From the human T2T-CHM13v2.0 reference genome, Homo sapiens, in NCBI RefSeq assembly GCF_009914755.1, contig NC_060936.1: 64,000 bases of DNA. One strand, written 5' to 3'. This document shows positions 16,240 through 30,626 of the stretch, one piece after another. The position numbers and the translations under genes were made by a program. How positions within the stretch are numbered: position 1 is the first letter of the stretch; every line of letters starts with the position of its first letter. Under the pieces are notes generated by a model. The model did not search any database. It was not told the origin of the DNA and saw nothing but the letters and a program-made list of their open reading frames with translations.

Positions 16240-18235
16240 AATCACAAGCAGGGAGCCTCTTTTCCCATATGACTGACTCAGGAACAGCGTGAGGAATTCC
16301 TGGGTTCTACAGTGCTCTATAAACCTCTCTTAACTAAGAGCTGCTTGGTTTGTAGATGGCAGTTCCAAGGTGAAAGGACAATATCATATTTGGAATGTTG
16401 CCACTCTTACTGAAGAAGATGAAAACAAATCAGCTTAGTGGGTTGAATTGCATGCTATTTTCCTTGTAGTGACAGAAATGAATTGAACAGTGGTAAAAGC
16501 ACATACGTTTTTTAATGACTCATGGACAGTGGACAGTGGCCTGGCTGCAGGGTGAGGCAGGACAACAATGGATACCTGGCCTACTAAAGGAATGCCCCTA
16601 TGGGGCACAGCCCTACAGAAATCTGAGGGGTGCATTAAAGTAGGATAAATCAATGCCCATCAGAAGAATGCTCTTCCGGGTTCAGAAGGTGGCTGAAATC
16701 TACAGGCAGAAACCCCCATGTGCTCACTGAAGGTGGCCACCTGGCTCCATAAAATGAGTGGAGATGGGGGTACTGCAGTAATGTAGAGACAGGCTAAATC
16801 TAAACATGTCCCTTTTGCACCCTCTTAGGCACATAACGCCAATAAGAATCGTTCTGTCTTCCAGCAAAAGAGACAAAGATGGCTGTGGGGGCAGATTCCC
16901 TCATGGGAATGCTCTAAACATAGCTGGCAAGGGAGACTGATGCTGGTAGCCCTGGGGATCTGCAAATGGTTCTGGACAGGAATACACAGTGGTTTTGGAC
17001 GGGGCTTTGCTTACACAGTAAAAGATGCAAATGCTCAGAGTGCTATAGAAAAATTAGAACAGAAGATATTGCATGGATTTGGAATAAACTTAAGATCACC
17101 AGTTTTAGCACTGTTATCAAGTATAGTATTTATTGAGCATCTATTTATAACTGTGAATCTGGCACTATAATTTGAGTGTTTGGCATGCAGAAATTCTTGA
17201 GCTCATCCATGAACTTAGGGAAAAAAATAAATAAATAGAAAGTGCTTAAACAGTTAAACCCTGTGTTTAGAGTTTAACTAAACAAGGGTTTAGTTAGGGT
17301 TTAACTTTGCTAAAGCCGTTTTGTTCATCAGGAGGAAGGTGAGTGAGATATCTGCCCTATATTTGCCATTATACATGCCACTGTACAAAATACGGACACA
17401 CAGTATTTGAGATTCATGTATCTTAAAGAATCAAAATGAGGACTTTGATGTTTTGAGTTTAATGTTTTGAAAGTGTTATTCCAAATATAGCAAATAGTCA
17501 ATTAACAAGCAAATAAAAAGAAACACTCCAGATAATGGCAGCATCCTTCAGAGCCCTGTTGATTTATATATTTAACACTTAGCTAAGCACCTACTCTATG
17601 TGCAGCGCTGTGCTGGGGTGCTGTGCAGAATATAAAGAACAATACCACATGTTCTCAGTCTTTACATTACCTAGAATTTTCGTTAGGAATAATACCATTG
17701 TAGAACTTCTTTCTCAGATATACAAGCCAGATCAGCATGCCAGATTCTTTCTTTTACGAGAAATCACTTGCTAATAGACACTCTTTATGTTCCTGTAAAA
17801 TTTAATGTGTAAATCAAACCAAATACTATACTTATGTGTATTTTTAGGTCTCCATGGATTAAAAAAAATGAACTGTATTTTCATCAAGTACATTTTGTAT
17901 ATCAATGTACAATTCCCTGTCAAATCTTATGGGTCTAACATGCTGCTCTGTTTCATGCTTGACATCATCAGGGAAATATCTGAGAGTAGAAGGAACAGAT
18001 TTAGGGTGTGTTAGTGATATTGGGCCACTAGCCATTTTCAGTGACTTTTCTCGCAACTTCTCCTGGGTCTATGAGAACAAAAAGAAAGGAACAACTTTTT
18101 CCACTGAAACAGGTTTTGGGGCTGTGAAGGAGTGTATATTTCTCTGCAAAATAATCAAGTCATAGCTACTTTGAAGGAATCCTTCAGATACCAAACCGAG
18201 GAAAGAACCAGAGATATAATTAAAAGAGTATGATA

Positions 18236-18722
<487 letters not shown>

Positions 18723-19609
18723 TTATTATAATACACTACAGGTTTTTTTGGTGTTGAAACAATATTTTTAAGGCCTCTTTAATAGACATGAAGTTACTTC
18801 TTATTAAAATACTGTGTACCACAATGTGAGTCTGAGTATCTTTGTTTTTGTTTTGTTATGTTTTAAACAAAATGCTACTTTTAATCTCATCAAGGAGTTA
18901 AGGCATATAATACAAGCTCTAAAAATTAAGTGCCAAAGTAAGAAAGAATTAAAAATGATATATATTGTGCACTTACATAGTTTTATATGCAAATCTCTAT
19001 ATAGAAAATTATGTTTAAATAATATCCCTGTAATATGGATTTAAAGTGTACGTACCCTGGCAAAAAAATATGTGCCAGTATAACATGCATAAGAAAAATA
19101 CATGCAACAATAGTATAAAGGCCTAGAGGGGAGAAATTGAAGGGAACAATTGTGAGGTTCTCATACTTATATTCCCCCCAAAAATTATAAAATACTATCC
19201 AACTGATATTATGCCAACTCTGGAAAATTCTAATTTTGGAAACAGTGCTACTTGGCATTGATCCTTTAAAGTCATGAAGGACATTAATTGTAATACTGAA
19301 ATATATCCTATTTAAGTGAAAAATAAAGATTAAAAATGACGTTATGTAACACTTCACCTTCAAATAGTGGCCCACACAACTGCACACACTGAAATATGAG
19401 GCAATATTAAAGAATTAACCTTATACTTTGAGACTTGAAAATCATATTAAACACACTTACAAACGGCTTAAGGAAAGCAAAGCATAAAATTGTCCCCCAA
19501 AGTTCTTACTAGACAGTTGAAAATTTGGCCCTGCTGTTATTAACATGGAAGCAGAGGAAGACAGCTCTTCGTCACTGTCATGCCTCAACCTTAAATGAAA
19601 AGACCTGAA

Positions 19610-20230
19610 GTAGTCAATAGTGTTGGCTCTGGGTCCAGACTGCCAGGATGCAAATCTCAGTTCTACTACTGCTAAGGGTGTGATACTGGGTAAAATGCAT
19701 AACCACCTCTAAGATCTACTTCCCCATGTGTAAAATGGAGATAATTACAGTACCTCCCTGTATTAGTTCGTTCTCACACTGCTATAAAGAACTGCCTGAT
19801 ACTGGGTAAGTTACAAAGGAAAGAGGTTTAATTGACTCACAGTTCAGCATGGCTGGGGAGGCCTCAGGAAACTTAGAATCATGGCAGAAGGTGAAGGGGA
19901 AGCAAGGCACCTTCTTCACGAGGCAACAGGAAGAAGTGCCAAGTGAAGCAGGGAAAAGCCCCTTCTAAAACCATCAGCTCTCGTGAGAACTCACTATCAT
20001 AAGAAAAGCAGGGGGTAACTGCCCCCATTATTCAATTACTTCCACCTGGACTCTCCCTTGACACGTGGGGATTATGGGGATTATAATTCAAGATGAGTTT
20101 TGGGTGGGGAGACAAAGCCTAATCCTATCACTCCCTCATAGGGTTGTTGTGAGGATTAAATGGGGTTAATATAAAGTACTTGACACAGTGCCTGGCACAT
20201 GGTAAGTGTATGATAATTATTAACTGGTTA
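19610..20230 (+). mobile_element. MIR split by a THE1 LTR
   Basis: ggctctgggtccagactgcc...aaaatggagataattacagtacctccc | ctccctcatagggttgttgtgaggattaaatg...acagtgcctggcacatggtaagtg. Confidence 0.85.
19759..20130 (-). mobile_element. THE1 solo LTR
   Basis: tgtattagttcgttctcacactgctataaagaactgcc...gggattataattcaagatgag...cctatca; exact 5-bp TSD ctccc. Confidence 0.93.
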
Positions 20231-20744
20231 CTATGTTTGTTGTATGGATGACCAGCTTTGGTGGAGAGACAAAATGTCTCTTCGATTAGAGAAAGAGTTT
20301 GGTTTAGAAACACCAATGTCTTTACAGAGTCAATAGTGACACAGCTCTCAGTAACAATTTTCAGCCTTTATTATTTTAAGTCCTGCTAATCCCTTCAATT
20401 AAGAATTTAGGTTCTGCCATGAACAAGAAGAGGGAAAATAAAGTCACAGCAAATTAATAGTAAAGCCAGGACTATGCATTCTTCAACCTGTCATTATAAC
20501 TATACTACATAGGGAAAGACAACTCTATACATTGTAGGTAACCCATCTGCCACTGATTTGTTACATTTACCCCATTTAGCAAATATTTATTGAGAACTTA
20601 ATATGTTTGAAGCAATATTCCAGGTGCTGGGGAAAATATGGGCAAAAATCTAGGCGAATTTAGCTTTTCTGGAATAGGAATATATACCATGAAATTATAA
20701 TACTTAGAATTTACATTAGGTATTGAGAATATAGGAATAAACTC

Positions 20745-21557
20745 AGTAGGAATAAATAAACTCAGTAGGAATAAACAAACTCAGCTTTCCCCCTATACTC
20801 TCACAACGTGCTTCGGAGAACAGATGTGTGAAGGTTTTCCCCCATATGTCCATAGTTCCGCAGTGGACACCAGCTGGATGTCCTCTAATTCATTTTAATT
20901 CTGACACTATCTCCTTGGACACAGCCTCAGATTCCACAGGTTATGGGCTCAGTCCCACGTGACTGCTCTCCACTTCCAACACAAATCTCAAGCTCCAGGT
21001 TATTTTACCTGTGCACTGACCAACCAGCTATAAATCAGAGTTTCCATGACCCCTCCCTTGGGTTCAACTAATTTGCTGGAGCAGCTCACAGAACTCAAAA
21101 AAATATATTTACCAGTTTATTGCAAAGGATACAGATGAGAAGAGATGCATAGGGCAAGGTATGGGGGGGAAAGGGCATGGAACCCCAGGAACCTCCACAT
21201 GTTCAGCTATCTGGAAGCTCCTAAACACAGCCTTTTTGTTTTTTTTTTTCAAAAAAAAAACTTTATTATATAGGTGTGATTGATTCAACTCAGCCATTGG
21301 TGATCAACTCAACCTTCAGCCCCTCTCCCTTCCCAGGAGATTGGTGGGGGGGTGGGGCTGAAAGTCCCAACCCTCTAACCCTGCCTTTGTCTTTCCAGTG
21401 GCCAGGCCCCATCCTGAATCTACCTAGGGACTGCTAGCCATCAGTCAACTCATTAGTGTAAAAAAAGACTCCCACGACTTTGGACATTCTAAGGATTTTT
21501 AGATTTTTATGCCAGGAAATGGGACAAAGACCAAATAAATATTTCACAATATCACAG
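20745..21557 (-). mobile_element. MER21-type LTR
   Basis: cagtggacaccagctggatgtcctctaattca...ctgacactatct...ggctgaaagtcccaaccctcta...atatttcacaatatcaca. Confidence 0.75.
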
Positions 21558-21661
21558 ATATACACAATAGAAATAGATGTGGTGTGCTTAGGATCCAATC
21601 TGTAGCCAATGTAACTGAAATTCTCAAAGATGCAAAATTAGTACACTGTACCGATAAGTAT

Positions 21662-22082
21662 TGTTAAATTAAGTTTAGTCTATAGCTCCCTCTTTACATA
21701 TTTTAAGTTCGGCCTAAAGCTTTCACCATACATGGTGAAGTAACCTAACTGGTTGTGTAAACAGGCTGTAACTTACTCCTGTAACAAGCAGCCATGAAGT
21801 CTCAGCCAATCACAGCAGCCATACTTGCACCATTCACAGGCACAGACTGTTCAAACCCTGTTCAAATAAGATAAACACAGATTATCTTATTTCTGTTTCT
21901 GCACCTGACTTCCAATCTCTATACATCACATTCCCTTTTCCATCCATAAATCCTCTCTGACAACATGGCATTGCTGGAATTGCTCTGAGTCTATTCACGT
22001 TGGGCTGCTGCCCAGTTGGTGAACCCTTCTTTGCTAAATTAAACTCTCTTAAATTTAATTTGTCTGAAGTTTTTCTTTTGAT
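21662..22082 (+). mobile_element. MER57-type ERV1 solo LTR
   Basis: tgttaaattaagtttagtctatagctccctctttacatattttaagttcggcctaaag; homologous to 13731-14116. Confidence 0.8.
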
Positions 22083-22263
22083 AGTATATGTATCAGTACA
22101 ATTTGGTCTTAAAATAGGTTTTTAAAAAATTAAGCTAGCACCAAATAAAAATTCATTGTGTACAATCAGTTAAATTAGAATAAGAAGCATCTCTTTGCCT
22201 TTAAGATGCATATTGCTGAGACGAGTCATAAACCTAGAGTACCCAATACTAAAGTGTAGGTAG

Positions 22264-24487
22264 TATCAACTGAGGAATAATGAGGTTCATAATTTTGGAA
22301 AGGAGAGCATGGTGGCCATTCTGACAGGCTGGGGAGGATAGCCTCTGTCTAGAAGCTGAAAGCAGACACTGAGAAAGGGGCAAAGGGAACAGGAATTTAT
22401 GCTGAATGGGGTGGGGAGTGGGGTCAAATATATATATTCAATAAGTTATAGGAGTCATATTTATGAAAGGAGAAACATGCACATGCATAATTGAGCTTCA
22501 TGCCTCTCCCTGAGACCCAAGTTCAAAAATGGCTTCATTAGCATGATCAGATGGTGGAGTTGTCAACCCTCTGATGTCAAAAGGTGAAGTAGAGGACATG
22601 AAAACCCTCATTGCACATTCTCCATACTGGCCAGAACCACTCCATGGTTGGTGGTCTCTTACTTGGAAAAAATGCTGGCTATTTTGTCATGAGATCCTTA
22701 CAGTGTCGCTTTACCAGCCAGAAACCTCTGGGCCAGAGGGGCCTCTGCTTGGGCTTTGCTTGTGGCTGTTGGGCTTGCTGTGGCCACTTGGCTGGCAGGC
22801 TGCACTCGGCTGGCACTATTGGCCAGAATCCCACACCTGCCAAGGGCGAGCCAGGTGCGGGGCAGCAAAGTGTGAGTGAGTGAGCGCAGGGTCTGGCCAC
22901 TGCACAGAGCCAGATGTGCTGGCTGCAGCAGGGCTCCAGGCACCAGCACAAGTGGGGCTCTGTGTGAGGCTGCGGCTGGACCAGATGTACCATAAGCAGC
23001 TTCCCCTGTGAACAAGGGGAACATGACAGCGCCCAGAAGCTTGAAGATGCCTGGAACTGCAGAGCCCCAAAGAGGGTGTTACAGTGTCACAGCCCTGACT
23101 TGGGGAGCACTGAGGTCTGGTCTCCCAGAAGGGCCACAGCAGCTCTTCTCTCCTTCTCTCGCCTGTAGTGTGGTGAAAGGGGGGGTGTGTTTCAGCCTTG
23201 TTTGTGTTACAACTCTTTCAGTCCTGCCACTTGGCAGGTCCCGAGTTCTTGTCCCATGAACAAGAAGAATGAGGTATGCAGACAACTGGAGAGTGAGCAA
23301 GGCAGAGAGGAGCTTCACTGAATGACAGAACAGCTCTCAGGAAACCGAAGTGGGTAGCTGCTTTCCACAGTCAGGTTGTCCTGACAAGTCAAGGAGACCC
23401 AGAGTGGTAGCTCCTTCTGGTAGCTGGTAGTCCCGACATCTGTGTGAGTCTGGCTGAGTCTGGGGGTTTTTAATGGGCTCAGAAGGGAGGAAGTGTGTGC
23501 TGATTGCTCCATGTGTGGCCATGGGTGGGCCCGGAAAAAGCACCTAAGTTCTCACTCTGGACTGGACTCCAGCTGGAACTGACAGCCTGGCCCCCAGGTT
23601 TCAGGCTGTCCATGGCTTGAAGGTAGGGCTTCACCAGGGACCTGCCCCTTTCCGCCCAGGAACCTGTCTGCCTCCCATGGCCATCAACATGCTGTCCAGG
23701 GCGCCCAGGCTGTTTGTGCCAATGGGTGCCTGCAGACTCATGGCGAGCCACCCTCAGTTCCCCCCAGCCTCCCTGAGCTCGTTGGTGCCCAAAGTTTCAG
23801 AGGGGGCTGAGGCAGTTGTAGGGCTAGCATGTCAGCGCTGCCTTGAACGTGTGCACACCTGTCAGGGTCACGACAGTGCCTGGGCTCAGCTTGCTTCAAC
23901 TTTGCTCTGAAATCAGAGCAGGCCCTGGGAGTTGGGAGAGGCCAGGGAGTGGGAGCAGGCACTTCCAAGCCTGTGGGAGAAGGGGGGCTTCCCGGGTCCC
24001 TGAGAGTGCAGGGATGCCCAGGTCCGGATCCATGGCTGGGTAGCTGCAGCTGCACTTGGGAGCCCAGGCACCTGCCCTGCCAACTCGGTAGGAGGCAGGG
24101 CTCTTGCCTGTTCCCAGCTCCCACTGGCCCCACGGAACTTGTGACCCTGGCTCCACCTGCCCTGCTGTAGCCACCGTCTTTGCAGTGGCCACTCCAGACA
24201 GGCTACTGCTGCTATCAATTTGTTGTGCTGAAACTGCAAAGGAAAGGGGTGGCATCAGGCAGTTGGTTATCAGTGATAAAGTTGTTTAAAGGGCTGGTTT
24301 CTGTTTAGCCCTTAGGGAAGAAAGCCTATGGTGGTTATGGAGGGAGCGGGTATAATGAGGCATGTTCTACCCACATCCCGTCATGGTTGGGAACTCAGTT
24401 TTCAAGGTTTCTCTGGGATGCCCTTGGCTGAGAGATAGTCTCTTCAGTTGGTTTGGGGGCTCGGAATTTTTTTTTTTTAATTTCACA
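22264..24487 (-). mobile_element. MER4-group ERV1 LTR (MER66-like) split by MER52
   Basis: Left piece tcaactgaggaataatgaggttcataa...; right piece ...ggaactcagttttcaaggtttctctggg...tttcaca; the pieces rejoin across the TSD. Confidence 0.6.
22685..24217 (-). mobile_element. MER52-type ERV1 solo LTR (1533 bp, GC-rich)
   Basis: Minus strand begins tgatagcagcagtagcctgtctggagtggccactgc; TG...CA ends; exact 4-bp TSD attt (22681-22684, 24218-24221). Confidence 0.85.
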
Positions 24488-24619
24488 ATACCAAATGAGT
24501 GGTGATAACAATTAGGTTATTGGGCACGCAAAGGAAGAGTTGTATGACCTAGAGTACTCTATACTCTATATTAGTAACCCATAAAGTTTGAAGTGGAGGA
24601 AAGTAGGGGAGGAGGAGCA

Positions 24620-26560
<1,941 letters not shown>

Positions 26561-27929
26561 AACTCCTGCTAATTAGAAAACTATAGGAGTTATCACTTTG
26601 ATTTAGAAAAGATAAAGTGCAAAAATATAATAACTTGTCCAAAGTAATAGTTAATGGCAAATATTTATTAAGCACCTCTGTCCTTAGTATTGTGTTTGAT
26701 ACCATACTGATGTTTTTTGCTTTCTTAGCCAATCCTTTATTCAGAGACTTAGCCTATTTTTCAAATTATCATTATTAAATGATATATTCTTTTCTATTTA
26801 CTGAGTGTCAATACTGTTCATTGTAAGCACAATATATAGTATCACAGATCTTAAATTCAAAAGGCTCAAAGTAGCTGTCTTTTGCCATCACTTTGTCCAG
26901 GAGCCCAAATTCCAGCTGCAGCCAAGGTCATGGTCTGAAATTTGAAAGAGTAACCACATTGACTGTTGTACACTGCTGCCCTATACTTATCTTTTTTCTG
27001 TTTACTGTTAATATTTTGCTTATTAATTTCCCTAGCCTCTTACTGATGTTACTAGGGCCTTGAAAGCTTAGAGTCTTCATTGATGATGCTAAAAAAAAAC
27101 CCTTTTCTATGCTATATTAGATATACTATGTATGCACCCTGCCACCATAAAATATCTCCAGTCATCACATTCAAGTGAAAGAGTAATTTTTTATATAAAA
27201 GGATACAAAACTGTCTTTGCATATTTCCCGTTCCCACTGAGATATGCGTATAACTTCAATAATAAGAAACAGGAGACACTTTTTTTATTCTTCCTTAAGA
27301 ATAGAAAAAATTCTTTCTCCAAGAATTTTACAGTTATCTAAAGAGTTATCTAAATATACTAAGAAGAGATGAATAAATGGCTAAATCTTTAGCTAATACT
27401 AAGATCATTACTTATCTCAAATGAATGCTTATCTATCATGTTTTTCAACTGAAATATTGAATCTAACTACCTTGTAAATCTACGAGGACAAATTTGAAAT
27501 AATTTTCTTGAGATATTGCCATATGTATCATTCCTGATTGCCTGTGGAACCAGAATATAAATTTTGCATAGTATTCTATAGATTTAATGTCCTATATTTT
27601 TATTGGTCTAATATAATTTACTGGTCTAACACTGGGTTTTTAAACAGAGATGTTAAAAGAGGACACCTCAGCCTCCCACAAAAAGCATATGTTAGAAAAA
27701 CTGTTGTAGGGAACATGCATCCTTAACAAAAAAGTTTCCTCTTCTTTCCCATTTTCACTGTGATTTTTAGAAGACACAATAGTTCCTAACTTTCTAGCTG
27801 GTACTATTACAACTTAATTTTGACTTCCTTAAAATAAGGACTTTCAGCTATTCAAAAAGGTCAGTTTAATTGTTAAAATTTCAATTATTCTCTTGACCAT
27901 ACATAAAGAAGGCATGCAAGGAAATAGCT

Positions 27930-28640
27930 ATTTTCCTTGTTGCTTTTGTTATGCTTAGAACTTTCAAATTATAATATTTTTGTTTGTCTGGAAACATTTT
28001 TATTTCACTATCATTTTTGAAAGATGGTTTTGCTGGGTACAGAATTCTAAGTTGGAAGTTATTTTCTGTTAGTATTAATATTTTGGAGATCCTTCACTAT
28101 CTTCTGGTTTCTATTGCTGCAGTTGAAAAGTCTGCTGTTAGTCTAATTGTTGCTCTTTTGAGGGTGATTTTTTCTCTGGCTATTTGCCAATATATTCTTT
28201 TTTTTCTTTTGCCTTGCTCTGTCACTCAGGCTGTAGTGCAGTGATGCGGTGGTGCGATCTCAGCTCACTGCAACCTCCGTCTCCCAGGTTCAAGCAATTC
28301 TTGTGCCTCAGCTTCCTGAGTAGCTGTGAATGCAGGTGCGTGTCACCATGCCCAGCTAATTTTTGTATTTTTAGTAGAGATGGGGTTTCACCATGTGTGG
28401 CCAGGCTGGTCTTGAACTCCTGACCTAAAGTGATCTGCCCACCTTGGTCTCCCAAAGTGCTGGGATTACAGGTGTGGGACACCATGCCCAACCTACCAGT
28501 ATATTCTATTTGCTTTTGTGGTAGTGCAGTTTCACTATGATGTGTCTAAGTGTGGATTTCTTATTTTTAAATCCCACTTGGGATTCCCTGGGTCTCCTGA
28601 CTCTAACAAATATTGTTTTCCTCAATTTTGAAAGATTTAT
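27930..28640 (-). mobile_element. Old L1M fragment containing an antisense AluS (~28197-28495)
   Basis: tttttgaaagatggttttgctgggtacagaattctaagttgg...gaaaagtctgctgttagtctaattg (L1M antisense) plus Alu consensus. Confidence 0.75.
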
Positions 28641-28655
28641 GCCATATATGTACCG

Positions 28656-28659
<4 letters not shown>

Positions 28660-28686
<27 letters not shown>

Positions 28687-28820
28687 GCGATTTTTGTCTT
28701 TTTAACATTTTTTTAAGTTCAGGGGTACAAGTGCAGGTTTGTTACGTAGGTAAACTTGTGTCACGGGGGTTTGTTGTACAGGTTATTTTATCACCCATGT
28801 ATTAAGCCTAGTATCCACTA
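28660..28820 (-). mobile_element. (TA)n tract followed by antisense L1PA/PB 3'-end fragment
   Basis: ~13 AT units; taagttcaggggtacaagtgcaggtttgttacgtaggtaaacttgtgtca. Confidence 0.75.
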
Positions 28821-29270
28821 TTTTAATGTCTACATTAGTTATTATTTTAATATCACATATTCACTGAGGCTGTAGCCTCCTCTAGTATCTGTTTATTTAG
28901 CGAGGGTGGAAGATGTCTCAGAATTAACTCCTCCAATGTATATGTGCCTTGGGACCTGGTTTCCTGCACCTCCATATGCTTCCTAGGACTCTAGGTTCCC
29001 GATCTTGGCATATATGCCTAAAGCAGCCACAGTTCTTCACTTAGCTACTTCTCTGATTTCAGTTTGGTGTTTTTTTAAATTTTGTTTATTTTTGTTGAGG
29101 GTGGCTGGAAATCTTGGGGGTTTTCCTTATTTTCCTGCAAGCTCCACAATACATTGAAAAGTATGTCTGTATATTGTGTTTTATCCAGTACCTTGGCATT
29201 TAGCTCTGGAAGAGCCAAAAATACCTATCTTGTTATGCTGTCAGTAGATGTCACAAATAATTTAATTAAA

Positions 29271-29502
29271 TGATGAGAACACATGAACACATGGGGGACA
29301 ACAGCACATACTGGGGCCTCTTAGAGGGTGGCAGGTGGGAGGAGGGAGAGGATCAGGAAGGATAGCTAGTGGATACTGGCTTAATACCTGAGTGATGGGA
29401 TGATGTAAGCAGCAAACCAACATGGCACAAGTTTACCTATGTAACAAATCTGCACATCTTACACATGTACCCCTGAACTTAAAAGTTGGAAATTAAAAAA
29501 AA
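29271..29502 (+). mobile_element. L1PA/PB 3'-end fragment
   Basis: gagaacacatgaacac...ggagggagaggatcagga...tttacctatgtaacaaatctgcacatc...gaacttaaaag plus A-tail. Confidence 0.85.
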
Positions 29503-29599
29503 ATTAATTTCCAAATTTTAGTTAAAAGAGAAAAAGTGGCAGAATTCTTATGAAATGCAAAATCCTTAGTGTTAAGTCATTTATAAATTGTAAAGATAA

Positions 29600-29790
29600 C
29601 AACAATTTACTGAGCTTCTAACTCTATGCCAGCCATTTTATGTAAATTGTCTCACTTACTCAAAGAACAAAGTAATGTTATCTCTAAGCTACATATGAAA
29701 GACCTGAGACTTAGAGAAGGTAAAGAATTTTTCCAAAGTCACATAGTAAGTGGCAGAGATAGGGTTTGCCGATTATAAACTGTTATGTAA
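29600..29790 (-). mobile_element. MIR
   Basis: atttactgagcttcta...ctgagacttagagaaggtaaag...ccaaagtcacatagtaagtggcagag. Confidence 0.7.
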
Positions 29791-30301
29791 CTTCTTTCCA
29801 TGAAGCCAGATTGCCTCCCTATTCTCTCTCCCTATTCAAGCTCTGCAATCATAGAAGATAGAGCCATTCAAAAAATGTTATCAGCAATACTTTAAGGTGG
29901 CAGACTGTTCAGAGATCAACTTGAAAGCACACTATCTCCATAGCCTTAATAATGCATCTGATTTGGCCACAATCTGACAATCCCTTCAAAAGATATCATG
30001 GATCAAAGAATTAAACAAAAATTGGAAACAAACAGTCAAGCTGAGAATGAGCCACTCTTCAGTCATCCAATAATATCAGATAAGTTCTAGAAGTAGTAAT
30101 TTTTTGTTTTGTGTTCTGCTTCTTTATTCACTCCCTTATTTCAAAGAGAATTTAAGATAGCTGACAAGGATACATAAAATTCAAGATATAAATGAGAAAT
30201 AGGTGAGTAACAAAGGAACAAGAAGAAAGAAAAGAAGACTAAAATGAACATGTATTCAGTTCTGTACAGTTATGATGCAGGTGGCAGATTTGGCCCTAAG
30301 C

Positions 30302-30302
<1 letters not shown>

Positions 30303-30343
<41 letters not shown>

Positions 30344-30626
30344 AGACAGGGTCTTGCTCTGTCATCTAGGCTGGAGTGCAGAGGTGAGACCTTGGCTCAC
30401 TGCAGCCTCAACCTCCCAGGCTAAAGTGAGCCTCCCACCTCAGCCTCTGGAGTAGCTAGGACTAAAGGCATATACCATCACAAACGGCTAATTTTTAAAT
30501 ATTTTGTAGAGACAGGGTCTTGCTATGTTGCCAGGGTTGGTCTCGAACTCTTGGGTTCAAGTGATCCTCTCCCACCTTACACTCCCAAAGTGTTGGGATT
30601 ACAGGTGTGAGCCACCACACCAGGCC
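30303..30626 (-). mobile_element. Antisense AluJ with tail converted to (TG)~19
   Basis: TG run 30303-30341 directly abuts agacagggtcttgctctgtc Alu body. Confidence 0.9.

Larger units (their letters stand above)
12104..17085 (+). mobile_element. Class III (ERVL-type) retroviral internal region: decayed gag, protease, RNase H and integrase; RT core absent
   Basis: Conceptual translation: gag-like YSVKKLFYFVDLYHQLPEE and WNTPDEMASMLCMQAMWDWLY; protease EKFL*LLDT* (15091-15120); NSPVW/WGLWQK; KPEIPIISWLMS...WKWFIQDHA; RNase H AWFVDGSS...SA*WVELHA; integrase KWFWTGIHSGFGRGFAY...LEQKILHGFG; many stops. Confidence 0.8.

Noticed and set aside
22574-24289. Cluster of many overlapping 60-131 aa ORFs
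   Set aside because: They fall in or overlap the GC-rich MER52 LTR; low stop-codon frequency; no domain similarity
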